NCBI GenBank assembly: GCA_963813715.1 | Contig: CAWFAK010000005.1 | Span: 1,408,001 to 1,472,000, forward strand | DNA from: an uncultured Planctomycetaceae bacterium | GTDB lineage: Bacteria; Planctomycetota; Planctomycetia; Planctomycetales; Planctomycetaceae | Direction: 5' to 3' | Length of the DNA: 64,000 bases | Shown here: positions 22,177-32,111 of the stretch, one piece after another | Layout of the letters: each line of letters opens with the position of its first letter | How positions within the stretch are numbered: position 1 is the first letter of the stretch | Notes under the pieces: generated by a model | Seen by the model: only the letters and a program-made list of their open reading frames with translations | Told to the model about the DNA's origin: nothing | The model's database searches: none | Translations under genes and position numbers: made by a program

Positions 22177-23259
22177 ATGGTGCGGATCGGGATCGTCGGC
22201 GTCGGATTCATGGGGTACACCCATTTCGAGGCGGCGCGCCGGCTCAAGGGAGCCCGCGTTACCGCAATCGCGACCCGTGATAAGAAGAAGCTCGCCGGCG
22301 ATTGGACTTCGATTCAGGGCAACTTTGGTCCGCGCGGCGGCAAGGTCGATCTGTCGAAGGTCAAGAAGTACGCCGACTACCAGGAACTGCTCGCCGATCC
22401 CGACATCGACCTGGTCGACCTGTGTCTGCCGACCGGTTTGCACGAGTCGGCCGTCCTCGAATCCCTGGCGGCCGGCAAGCCCACGCTGGTCGAAAAGCCA
22501 ATCGCCGTCGACCTCAAGGCGGCCGACCGGATGGTGGCGGCTGCCAAGAAGGCCGGCGTGCCGCTGATGGTGGCCCAAGTGCTGCCGTTTCACGCCGAGT
22601 TTCAGTTCGTGCTCAATGCCCGGCAGACCGGCAAATATGGACGGCTGCTGGCGGCCCACTTTCGGCGCGTGATCGCTCCGCCCAAGTGGTCGCGGCACAT
22701 CGAGGACTTTCGCGCCTTGGGGGGCTGGGGCATCGATCTGCACATTCACGACAACCACTTCATCGCCCTGCTCTGCGGTCTGCCGCAAAAGGTCTTCTCG
22801 CGGGGAGTGGTTTCCGAAGGCCTCGTGAACCACGTGCACACACAATATGTCTATGCGGATCCGCAGCTCGCGGTGAGCTGCGTCAGCGGGGGAATCGCCG
22901 CCGCCGGCCTGCAGTTCGCCCACGGCTTCGAGATCTACTTTGAGAAGGCGACGATCCTGTTTGCCGCGGGGACCATCGGGGGCGAGTGGCAGGTCGAACG
23001 CCCGCTGACGTTGATCACCAACGACGGCAAAGCAACCGTTCCCGTCCTCAAAAGCGGCAAAGAGTGGTGCGCGGCCTTCACGATGGAGCTGCAAACGGCC
23101 GTCGATGCCGTGCGGAAGAAAACCGAGCCGCAACTCTTGAGCGGGGCGCTGGCCCGCGACGCGCTGCGACTCTGTTATGCTGAAGCCAAGAGCATCACAA
23201 CTGGCAAGCCGTGGCCGTCGCCACACTGGCAAGCCGGTGGCCGTCGCCTGATCCGATGA
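22177..23259 (+). CDS. Gfo/Idh/MocA oxidoreductase
   Basis: [21 protein letters not shown]; 3' end disturbed by a short tandem duplication. Confidence 0.9.
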   Translation: MVRIGIVGVGFMGYTHFEAARRLKGARVTAIATRDKKKLAGDWTSIQGNFGPRGGKVDLSKVKKYADYQELLADPDIDLVDLCLPTGLHESAVLESLAAGKPTLVEKPIAVDLKAADRMVAAAKKAGVPLMVAQVLPFHAEFQFVLNARQTGKYGRLLAAHFRRVIAPPKWSRHIEDFRALGGWGIDLHIHDNHFIALLCGLPQKVFSRGVVSEGLVNHVHTQYVYADPQLAVSCVSGGIAAAGLQFAHGFEIYFEKATILFAAGTIGGEWQVERPLTLITNDGKATVPVLKSGKEWCAAFTMELQTAVDAVRKKTEPQLLSGALARDALRLCYAEAKSITTGKPWPSPHWQAGGRRLIR

Positions 23260-24095
23260 TCGAAAACCTTCCCGTCAAAACGCTCCCGTTCAAGGGACTC
23301 ACGATCGAGGGCTATTCACGGGCCGCGGTCCAGAGCTATTGGCGAATCCAAGAGCTGAAGATCGGCTTCGAGCTGGGGGGCAGCCCCTGGTCGTTCACCG
23401 GAACGCCGACGTTCTTCGTCACCCACTCGCACCTCGATCATCTGGCGTCGATCCCGGTCTACGTGGCGCGGCGGCGGATGATGAAGATGGAGCCGCCCCG
23501 CGTCTACCTGCCGATCGAAGCGGTGGAGAACGTCCAACGACTGCTGCACGTCTGGCAGCGACTCGATCGCGGACGGATGATGGTCGATCTCGTCGGCGTG
23601 AAGCCGGGTGACGAGATCGAGCTGTCGCGCGAGCACGTGGTCACGGCGTTCGCCACCAAGCACACGGTCCCCTCACTCGGCTATGTCGTCTGGGACCGTC
23701 GCAAGAAACTCAAGCCCGAATACCAGGGTCGCGGCGGCGAAGAGATTCGCGAGCTGCGGTTGGCCGGCACGGAGGTGACGCAAGAGGTGCGGGTGCCGCT
23801 CTTGTGCTACGTTGGCGACAGCGCGCCCGCCGGCCTCGACAATTATCCGCCGCTCTACGAAGCGACCGTGCTGATTACGGAGATGACCTTCTTCCGCCCC
23901 GAGCACCGCAAGGAAAAGATCCACAAGTTCGGCCACACGCACTTGGACGACATCCTCGAGCGGGCCGACCGGTTCCAGAACGAACTGATCATCCTGTCGC
24001 ACTTCAGCACGCGCTACCACGAGCGACAAGTGCGGGCGGCGGTCGAGCGCCGGTTTCCGCCGTCGCTGTTGCAACGCGTGCACCTGTGGATGTGA
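23256..24095 (+). CDS. metallo-beta-lactamase fold hydrolase, RNase Z-like
   Basis: [29 protein letters not shown] and HFSTRY motifs. Confidence 0.82.
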   Translation: MIENLPVKTLPFKGLTIEGYSRAAVQSYWRIQELKIGFELGGSPWSFTGTPTFFVTHSHLDHLASIPVYVARRRMMKMEPPRVYLPIEAVENVQRLLHVWQRLDRGRMMVDLVGVKPGDEIELSREHVVTAFATKHTVPSLGYVVWDRRKKLKPEYQGRGGEEIRELRLAGTEVTQEVRVPLLCYVGDSAPAGLDNYPPLYEATVLITEMTFFRPEHRKEKIHKFGHTHLDDILERADRFQNELIILSHFSTRYHERQVRAAVERRFPPSLLQRVHLWM

Positions 24096-24111
24096 GGGTG
24101 TCCGAAAATTC

Positions 24112-24217
24112 GGGTGCCACGGCTGAGACGCTTCGGCTCAGCCGTGCTCTTGCCGGGTGCTGATGACGGTTGCTGAACCGTGAAGAGCACGGTTGAGCAA
24201 GCTCAACAGTGGCACCC
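24112..24217 (-). repeat. REPIN-like element family B, copy 3 (reverse orientation)
   Basis: reverse complement of the 106-bp unit, lying between convergent genes. Confidence 0.88.
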
Positions 24218-24269
24218 AATCGCGTGGCACCCAAGCGCAGCGTCGGCCGTTATTCCGGCGGCGTCGGCA

Positions 24270-24839
24270 TTATTGCGGCATCTTGAACAGCGACTCGACG
24301 CTGATGTTGAGATCCGAAAAAACCGGGCTGCCCGGAATCGTCTGGCCGCCGGCGAAAATCCGCGGCGGCTGTCCCGCACGGATGTAGTGCACCGACTTGT
24401 CGATCGTGTCGACCATCCAGACCGTCCGCACGCCCCAGTTGAGGTAAGACTCGATCCGCTCGCGCATCGCCCGTCGGCGATCGTTGGTCGAGCCGATCTC
24501 GACCACAAGGGCCGGCCGGGTCTCCGTGACGATCCGATCCAATTCGGCAAACCGTTCGCCGCTGACAAAGAAACTGACAGGCGGCCGCCGCACCGTATCG
24601 GGTCCGCGGGCGACGATCAGGCCAATCTCGAAAGCCGCGTAACCTTTTTCGTCCGGCGCCTGCTGCAGGTAGGCGGCGAGTGACTTGGAGAAATTGAACA
24701 CGACCGCCCCATGCAGCAGGTCGGGCGCTTCCACCATCTCGATTTGACCGCGAACCAACTCGGCCCTCTGGAACTCGAAGTCCTCTTGGTCAACGAGTTC
24801 TGCAAATCGCTCAGCGGTCAGTGGGGACGATGAGTCCAA
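24270..24839 (-). CDS. Uma2 (DUF820) family protein
   Basis: ELVRGQIEM..P...HG, PALVVEIGS, YLNWGVRTVWMVD. Confidence 0.85.
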   Translation of the reverse strand: MDSSSPLTAERFAELVDQEDFEFQRAELVRGQIEMVEAPDLLHGAVVFNFSKSLAAYLQQAPDEKGYAAFEIGLIVARGPDTVRRPPVSFFVSGERFAELDRIVTETRPALVVEIGSTNDRRRAMRERIESYLNWGVRTVWMVDTIDKSVHYIRAGQPPRIFAGGQTIPGSPVFSDLNISVESLFKMPQ

Positions 24840-24906
24840 TTGCGCCTCAAGCAGTGAACGACGTTGCGAGTGGTGATGCCGACTCCGAAAATTATAGGTG
24901 TGGTCA

Positions 24907-25320
24907 ATGGCCGAATCGAATCCAATTGCGGCGGCGTCTGATTCCGAGCGGCTCGTGAACGACGAAGACAGCTACCTTGCGACCTCAGATCGGGTCCGGA
25001 GAAGTCCGCCCGCCAATCGAACACTCGGCATCGTGGCCCTCTTGCTGACGATGTACTCGTGGTTCCTGACCATTGCACTCGCCCTGGGTCAGTGGTTGTT
25101 CGGCGGGGCTTGGCCTGGCGACGTGAAGGAATACGTCTCAATGGGAGTCACGCTCGGCCTGACCCTGATCGTCGGCACCGTCGGTCGACCCCACGTTCGC
25201 GCGCTGCGGCGACAGACGCGGGGCCGATCGATTTCGGTCAACGGACCCCAGGCGTTGGCGGTCACGATTTTAACGGTAGTCGCCGGGGCGTACGGGACGT
25301 GGCTTTTCTGCGGACCCTAG
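24907..25320 (+). CDS. hypothetical membrane protein (about 3 TM)
   Basis: three hydrophobic segments; fills the gap between genes. Confidence 0.55.
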   Translation: MAESNPIAAASDSERLVNDEDSYLATSDRVRRSPPANRTLGIVALLLTMYSWFLTIALALGQWLFGGAWPGDVKEYVSMGVTLGLTLIVGTVGRPHVRALRRQTRGRSISVNGPQALAVTILTVVAGAYGTWLFCGP

Positions 25321-25515
25321 CGAGTTGCCCTCAATTCAGGGGTGAGTTTGCTGATTTCGGATCGGAACGGGTTCGATCTCCCACACGGCCTCGTGTACAA
25401 TCGGACGCTGCCTTTCCGCTCAGAATCCGGCCGGCTCCTCGGTGGGCGTCGAGTCCAGGCCCGGACCTTCAACTGAGTCGCGGCGCATTCGCCGTCGCGA
25501 CACTAGGAACCTGCA

Positions 25516-27328
25516 ATGAACGAGCGCTTCGTGCGTCGGCTGGCTCTCGGAACGGTGCTGCTTCTGGGTGCGGCGGTCCCGCTCGCCACGGCCGCGGAGG
25601 CGACGGTCCGCATCGGGCAGAATGTCGGCAAGCTGGCCTTCAAGGACATTCGCTACTTGCCGCGGTCGCTGGCCGACCTGTCGGGCAAGAAAGCCTACGT
25701 GATCGTCTGCACCAGCACGACCTGTCCGCTCGTGCAAAAGTACCTGCCCAAGCTCAAGCGGCTCGACGAGAAGTATCGCGGCAAGGGCGTGCAGTTCGTG
25801 TCGCTCAACGTCAATCCGGGCGATTCGATCCGCGAGATGGCGGCCCACGCCGTCGGCTTCGACCTGGCCTTCCCCACGGTGAAGGACATCAACGGCGAAT
25901 CGGCAGCCGCACTGGGCGTGAGCCGGACGCCGGAAGTGGTCGTGCTGAGCGGCGATCACACGCTGGTTTATCGCGGACACGTCGACGATCAGTACCACTT
26001 CGCGGGCGAAGCCAACCACGTCACGCACAACGATCTCGAAAACGCACTCGAGGCGGTGCTGGCGGGCAAACCGGTGCTGGTGGCCGAGACGTCGGTCGAT
26101 GGCTGCCTGATCACCAAGTCGGCGGCGACGGTGAAAACCGGCGTGACTTACCACAAGGACATCGTGCCGCTGTTGCGGAAGCACTGCGTCGCCTGCCACC
26201 AGCCGGAGACCGAGGCCCCCTTCTCGCTCTTGTCCTATGAAGACGCGAAGAAGCAGGGACAGGCGATGGCCGAGGTGGTGAGCGACCAGTCGATGCCGCC
26301 CTGGTACGCGAGCGCCGCCCACGACGACTTCGCGAATCACCGCGGCATGTCGAGCGACGAGATCGAGACGATCGTGTCCTGGGTGCGGGGCGGCATGCCG
26401 CAAGGCACAGCGGTCGCAGACGCCACACCCGCCCCGCTGCGCAAGGTCGAGGGCGACGGCTGGTTGATCGGCAAGCCCGACCTGGTTCTTGCAGTCCAAG
26501 CTGCACGATGTCCCGACCGAGGGATTCGTGGCCTATCGCTACGAGCCGCTCAACTACGTCTTTCCGGACGACACCTGGATCGACAAGATTCAAATCCTGC
26601 CGGACAACCCCAAGGTCGTCCACCACTGCAACCTGATCTTCATCCCGATGTTCGGCGACAAGGTGAAGAACGCCGTCTTCGTGACCGGCAAGGTGCCGGG
26701 CGGAATCCCGACCGAACTGCGCGACGGCACGGCGGTCCGCGGCCCGAAGGCCTACATTCCGCTGTTGCAGATTCACTTCACGACGAATGGCCACCCGGAG
26801 AAGTGCCGGATTTCGGTCGGCTTCCACTATCCGCGCGAAAAAGTTCAGAAGGAGCTGCACCTCGAGCGGATTTCCAACCACCGCTTCGCGATCACTCCCG
26901 GCGATCCGCACTACACCATCACCGAGAGCTGGCAGACCAAGCACGATATCGTCGGCGCCGGGCTGTTCACGCATATGCACGTCCGCGGCACCGACATGAC
27001 GTACCTGGCCCACTATCCCAACGGCAAGACCGAGACGCTGCTGGTCGTGCCCAACTACAGCTTCGATTGGCAGATTGGCTACAGCTGGGCCGACGGCGTG
27101 CGAAAGTTCCCCAAGGGGACGAAGTTCGAGGTCGTCGCTCACTACGACAACTCGTCCTTCAATCCATTCAATCCCGATCCGAAGCGTCTGGTCAAAGAAG
27201 GGGATCAGACTGTCGACGAGATGATGTACGGCTTCCTCTTCTATACGGTGGCCGGCGAACATCTGAATCTCGACATCAACCCCAAAACGGGCGCCGCTAT
27301 GCCGTCGACCAGGCTCAGCAGCCGGTAA
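25516..27328 (+). CDS. secreted redoxin + c-type heme + copper type II monooxygenase-like multidomain protein (frameshift near 26490)
   Basis: signal peptide; TCPLVQKY redoxin, YRGHVDDQY; CVACH and MPPW; HHC, QIHF, HMH and DEMM. Confidence 0.85.
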
Positions 27329-27359
27329 GTCGGCGGCCAAAAGCGCGTTTTTCGCACAA

Positions 27360-27383
27360 CACTGGCGGCTCGTCCCGCCAGTG
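27360..27383. repeat. REP family A single hairpin
   Basis: CACTGGCGGCTCGTCCCGCCAGTG. Confidence 0.75.
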
Positions 27384-27445
27384 TTGTCTTTTAGACAGCC
27401 ACGACATTTTGATTTCCGGTCAAGGTTCGCGATCGAGGTGCTCCC

Positions 27446-28573
27446 ATGAACGCCCTGGATTACACACGCGACCTCGTCTCCTTCGGCTCGATCAGCGCGA
27501 CCTCGAACGTCGACGTCACCGATCACCTCGAACGCATGCTCAAGGGACTCGACTTTGAGACGGAGCGGATCGATTACGTCGACGCGGCCGGCGTGAAGAA
27601 GTCGAACGTGGTCGGCAAACGGGGCGACGGTCCGGGCGGCCTGGCCTACTTCGCCCACACAGACGTCGTGCCGGCCGACAATTGGTTCAGCTCCGAGCAC
27701 GGCCCCTTCAGTCCCACCGTGAAGGACGGCCGTCTCTACGGCCGGGGCAGCTGCGACATGAAGGGCTCGCTCGGCTGCATCCTAGCTGCCGCGGCCGGCG
27801 TGTCTCGGCAAAAGCAGCGAGCTCCGCTCTACATCACGGGCACGGCCGATGAAGAAGTCGGCTACATCGGCGCGACTGAAGTGGCCAAGCGCTCCGTCCT
27901 CTTTCGTCAGATGGTCGACTCGGCGGCGTGCGGCATTGTCGGCGAGCCGACCGAGTTGGAAGTCGTCTACGCCCACAAGGGAACGTGGGGCTTCCGCGCG
28001 ACGGCGCGCGGGCGGGCCGCGCATTCCAGCTCCCGCGACGGAATCAACGCGAACCTGGCAATGATCCCCTTTCTCGTCGAGATGAAAGCCCTCCACGACG
28101 AGACCGAGCGCGACCCGGCCTGGCAGGACCCTCGCTTCGACCCACCGACAATCAGCTGGAACATCGGCATCAACGACCACACGCGGGCGGTGAACATCAC
28201 ACCGCCGCAAAGCATCTGCACTGTTTATTTCCGCCCCATGCCCAACCAAAAGCCGCAGCTCTTGGTCGACCGGTCGCGGGCGGCCGCCGAACGTTGCGGC
28301 CTCGAGTTCGAGGCGTTGTGGGCTGCACCGCCGCTGGAAATCGACGTCCGTTCCGATTTCGTCACGCAGATGCTCAAGCTCGCCGACAAGACGACGGCCC
28401 GCACGGTCTGCTATGGCACGGACGGCACGCAGTATACGTCGCTCAAAAAACTGATCGTCATCGGGCCGGGTAACATCGCGCAGGGCCATACGTTCGACGA
28501 ATGGATCGACGTGAAGCAGCTCGAGCGAGGGACCGACCTCTATGCCCGCTGCATCGAGCAGTGGTGCTGCTGA
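27446..28573 (+). CDS. argE: M20 metallopeptidase, acetylornithine deacetylase-like
   Basis: AHTDVVP, GRGSCDMKG, ADEEVG, VGEPT, AHKG, GRAAHSS, GPG..QGHTFDE. Confidence 0.8.
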   Translation: MNALDYTRDLVSFGSISATSNVDVTDHLERMLKGLDFETERIDYVDAAGVKKSNVVGKRGDGPGGLAYFAHTDVVPADNWFSSEHGPFSPTVKDGRLYGRGSCDMKGSLGCILAAAAGVSRQKQRAPLYITGTADEEVGYIGATEVAKRSVLFRQMVDSAACGIVGEPTELEVVYAHKGTWGFRATARGRAAHSSSRDGINANLAMIPFLVEMKALHDETERDPAWQDPRFDPPTISWNIGINDHTRAVNITPPQSICTVYFRPMPNQKPQLLVDRSRAAAERCGLEFEALWAAPPLEIDVRSDFVTQMLKLADKTTARTVCYGTDGTQYTSLKKLIVIGPGNIAQGHTFDEWIDVKQLERGTDLYARCIEQWCC

Positions 28574-28608
28574 ACGGCGCTATTTACCGGGGCTTTATTT
28601 ACCCGGCG

Positions 28609-29907
28609 CTATTTGCCGCGGTTGAACTGGGCCGGATCGAAGGGATCGGTGAGCGGACCCAAGTCGTTGCTCGAGTTGCCAGAGCCGGAGTTGGCTGTGG
28701 CGGTGCGCGGCAGCGAAGCCGTGGGCTGGATCATGCTGGCATCGATCCCACTCGCGTTTGGCGGGACGTTGTTCAATGCCGGGCCGGAGTTGGATGCCGG
28801 GACAGTATTCGATGTCGGGAAGGTGGCCGACGCGGGAACAACGAGCGGATCGCGGTGCGACTCGGGTCTGCCGGCTTGCGCGATTTTCTCGACCGACCGC
28901 CGCGCCGCGTCGTCCCGGTTCATGCGGGTCAGCTCGGGACCCACGCTACTGAGCCAGGCGACGAGCCGCGCCTTCTGCACGTCCTGGGCGCCGCCGGCTA
29001 ACGGAGGATGCGCCGCTCCGCCGTGAGCTTCTGCCGCCTTCGCCAAGAGCAGGCTGCGGCGGGCATATTGCGGATCGACAAGTTGCAGCACGGCATCCAG
29101 GTTGCGGCCGGTGATCTGCCGGTTGCCGCCGGCGGCCAGATGCACTCGATCGAGATGAAACGACGTATTCGTCGGTCCGCCGTGACAGCGGAGGCTGCCG
29201 CAGCGCGCCAGCAGAATCGGCTGCACGCCGATCACGAATTCTTTGACCCGCGCGGGCGAGAGCCGCGACAGCGATTCAACGACTTTGGCGTCGGGGGCCG
29301 CGTGTTCGGTCACGCCGCTAACTTTGACGAACCCTCCCGGTGCCGTGTGCGCGGCCTCCAATCGCGTCAGCAAGGCCTTGGCCTCTTGGTTTGTCGGATC
29401 GAATTCGAGCACCTTGCGCAGATGAAACGCGGCTTCACCCGGCAGTCGGTTTTCCAGACACCAGCGCCCCAGCCGAATGTCGCGCCGCACGGGCGTCGTC
29501 GTTGGCTCGGTGGCACACATTTTTTCGTAGGCTTCGTGTCGATCGCGGGCGACGAGCTGCACCTGGTCGAAGCTGAAAAACATGCTCGATTCCGGCGTCT
29601 CCACGCGGTAGCCATGCAAGTCGCCGCGAATGGCCCCGTCGATCACGCGACCATCGGCCAGGACAAGGATGTGCGATCCCTCCGGGGCAGTCGGCGCTTT
29701 GTGGGGCGATTTGGCCTGCTCGACGGCGGCCGCCGCCTGCCGGTCGAAGAGTTGTTTGAGCAGCGGATCGTCGGCCCGCAGGCCCTCGGACGGGCCGAGA
29801 GACACGACGAGGGCCGCGACCAAGCCCGCGAAACCCAGTGGATGCCAGGGCCGGCGCTGCGTATAGAGCGTATGTAGAGAGAAACGGGGGAATGCGCGGA
29901 ATCTCAT
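28609..29907 (-). CDS. secreted hypothetical protein with TPR-like helices and a CX4CH motif
   Basis: hydrophobic leader; LGRWCLENRL...VLEFDPTNQEA; VQPILLARCGSLRCHGG; start uncertain. Confidence 0.7.
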   Translation of the reverse strand: MRFRAFPRFSLHTLYTQRRPWHPLGFAGLVAALVVSLGPSEGLRADDPLLKQLFDRQAAAAVEQAKSPHKAPTAPEGSHILVLADGRVIDGAIRGDLHGYRVETPESSMFFSFDQVQLVARDRHEAYEKMCATEPTTTPVRRDIRLGRWCLENRLPGEAAFHLRKVLEFDPTNQEAKALLTRLEAAHTAPGGFVKVSGVTEHAAPDAKVVESLSRLSPARVKEFVIGVQPILLARCGSLRCHGGPTNTSFHLDRVHLAAGGNRQITGRNLDAVLQLVDPQYARRSLLLAKAAEAHGGAAHPPLAGGAQDVQKARLVAWLSSVGPELTRMNRDDAARRSVEKIAQAGRPESHRDPLVVPASATFPTSNTVPASNSGPALNNVPPNASGIDASMIQPTASLPRTATANSGSGNSSNDLGPLTDPFDPAQFNRGK

Positions 29908-30392
29908 CAGTCGAGGCTCCCGCTGGAGGGAAAAGCGTCTGTATCGGGGGAATGGAATCGGCGGACGAGGGAACTTTGAGGGGGCCGGAACAATAGTCCG
30001 CTTCGGAGGTTCGGTCAATACGATTCAAATCCCCTCATCTGGGATTGGCTGGCGTTTCGACTCCCCCGGACAAAACGGGGGTTTAGGCATCGCGAGGGTC
30101 GACCGGCGCCGGGCGAATTGACTGCGGGGAAAGATGGCTTGGATCGATGGATTACTGACGCGGGAACCCGTGCGACCGACCGGCAATTGGCCCGTCTGCT
30201 CGTCGGTCCGCCCAGCGGCGGTCCGTCGCCGTTCGGGCACTTTTTTACCTGAGGCCTGCCCGGATCGGTTTGGCGCGGTAGAATTGGTTTTCCGGGCCGG
30301 ACCTTGGCAACGAAGTTGAATTGAAACCCCGGGCGGCGCACGTTCGCGATCGTCGCCGGGGAAGTCCGACGAATTCTGCACAGCACGCCACT

Positions 30393-31379
30393 ATGAGCAT
30401 CGCCGGAACCCAAGTGGTTCGACCGGGTCCGCTACCACCGATCGCTCCTCCCGACGCGGCGCTCGAGCCGGCGCCTCACTCCCCGTCCAATGCGGCAACC
30501 AACCCGCAGGCGGCGATTCCTCTGCCGACGCGCTCACAATGGAACGCGGCCGGCCTTTCGCTAATGTTCCACCTGCTCATGCTGCTGGTCCTGGCCGCGC
30601 TGTTGATCCCCGTGCGGTCGATCGGCAGCGGCACGTCGATCGACGGCGGCATCGGCAATGAAGCCGGAGACGCCGGCGACCTGCTCGACAGCGTGACGAT
30701 CGGCAGTCCTGATCCGGGGACCGGCCGCGATATCGAAAAGTCACTGACCCCGGCCACCGAAGGCGTCCCCGCCATCGAGGGCGCGATGGCGGCCGGTTCG
30801 GGTTCGGGGAGCGGCACCGGCAAAGGCAGCTTCGATGCCATCGCGTCGCTCGGCGCCGCGGGCGGCGGCAGCGGCAAAGGGGTCGGCTTCTTCGGCACCC
30901 GCGCGCGAGCCGATTCGGTCGTGTTCATCGTCGACATGTCGGGGAGCATGGAGGGTCACCGCTTCGACCGCGCCGTCGAGGAGTTGACGCACTCGCTGAC
31001 CTTGCTGCAGCCGTCGCAGAAGTTCTTCATCTTCTTCTACAACAGCGCGACCTTCCCGCTATTCGAACAGCGGGTGGCCAAGCTGTTGCCGGCGACCAGC
31101 GGCAACCGAGCCAAGGCGACCAAGTGGATCCACGCGTTTCACGCCGAGGGAGACACCGCCCCCGAGGACGCCATCGAACGGGCGCTCAAGCTGAAGCCCC
31201 AGGTGATCTATTTTCTGACCGATGGCGAGATCCCCGACACGACCCGCAGCACGGCCAAGCGATTCAACACCGAGCATAAAACGGTGATCCACACCATCGC
31301 CTTCGAGTACGAAGGTGGCGCGGAACAGCTCCGCGGCATTGCCGTCGACAGCCGCGGCAAGTACCGTTTTGTTCCGTAG
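30393..31379 (+). CDS. membrane-anchored vWA domain protein
   Basis: SLMFHLLMLLVL TM segment; GFFG; MIDAS-like DMSGSM, GDT, FLTDG. Confidence 0.88.
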   Translation: MSIAGTQVVRPGPLPPIAPPDAALEPAPHSPSNAATNPQAAIPLPTRSQWNAAGLSLMFHLLMLLVLAALLIPVRSIGSGTSIDGGIGNEAGDAGDLLDSVTIGSPDPGTGRDIEKSLTPATEGVPAIEGAMAAGSGSGSGTGKGSFDAIASLGAAGGGSGKGVGFFGTRARADSVVFIVDMSGSMEGHRFDRAVEELTHSLTLLQPSQKFFIFFYNSATFPLFEQRVAKLLPATSGNRAKATKWIHAFHAEGDTAPEDAIERALKLKPQVIYFLTDGEIPDTTRSTAKRFNTEHKTVIHTIAFEYEGGAEQLRGIAVDSRGKYRFVP

Positions 31380-31504
31380 CATGTGACGGGCCCCGCGAGA
31401 GCCGCGTGTGACCGGCCGCTCAGTTTTCTGCACCGTCGCTCTTCACGTTGGCCCTTCGCGTTCCGCCTGCCTTCAGGCCGGCTCCAATAGGACTGGCAAG
31501 CGCG

Positions 31505-31780
31505 ATGGAATCCGACTCGTCTCTGGGAGCGGCTGAAGGCCGCGAGGTCGTGCTCGACCTGGCCAGTCAATACGTCATCCTCGGCACGCTGACTGGCAGC
31601 GACGCGCACCACTACATTCTCGAAAACGCCGACGTCCACGACCTGCGTGACACCACCACCAGTCGCGAGCTCTATGTGTTGGACGCGAAGCGTCACGGCA
31701 TCAACGCCAACCGCAAGCGGGTTTTCGTCCGCAAAGACGGAGTGGTGAGTCTCTCAAAACTCGCCGACGTCATCGAATAA
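31505..31780 (+). CDS. small Sm/LSm-fold-like protein
   Basis: Sm1-like GREVVLDL..YVILGTLTGSDAHHYILENADV and Sm2-like RVFVRKDGVVSLS. Confidence 0.72.
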   Translation: MESDSSLGAAEGREVVLDLASQYVILGTLTGSDAHHYILENADVHDLRDTTTSRELYVLDAKRHGINANRKRVFVRKDGVVSLSKLADVIE

Positions 31781-32111
31781 ATGGCCCCGCTTATTAATGC
31801 CCCGCGCAGTTTACGAATGAAGTGCGCGCACGGCATGCCCGCGAGATCTGAGGCGCCCTGATCGCCGCACGAAACCGAATGCGAATCTGCGACTGAACAT
31901 TCTTTGTTCACTGGCCTGCGAACAACCAATCGTAAAGGGATTATAAATTTCGCCGCTGGATGTCTTTGACGCACGGTGACTCGGGGCTATCATGCCCGTG
32001 CCACGCGGCCGCGCTGCGTTCTTCATTTCTCACGCAGCCCGTCGCGATTCGGCAATGCGGGCCAAAGCGTTTTCTTCCAACAACAGGACGTTTTCATCGG
32101 GAGGTGACACG

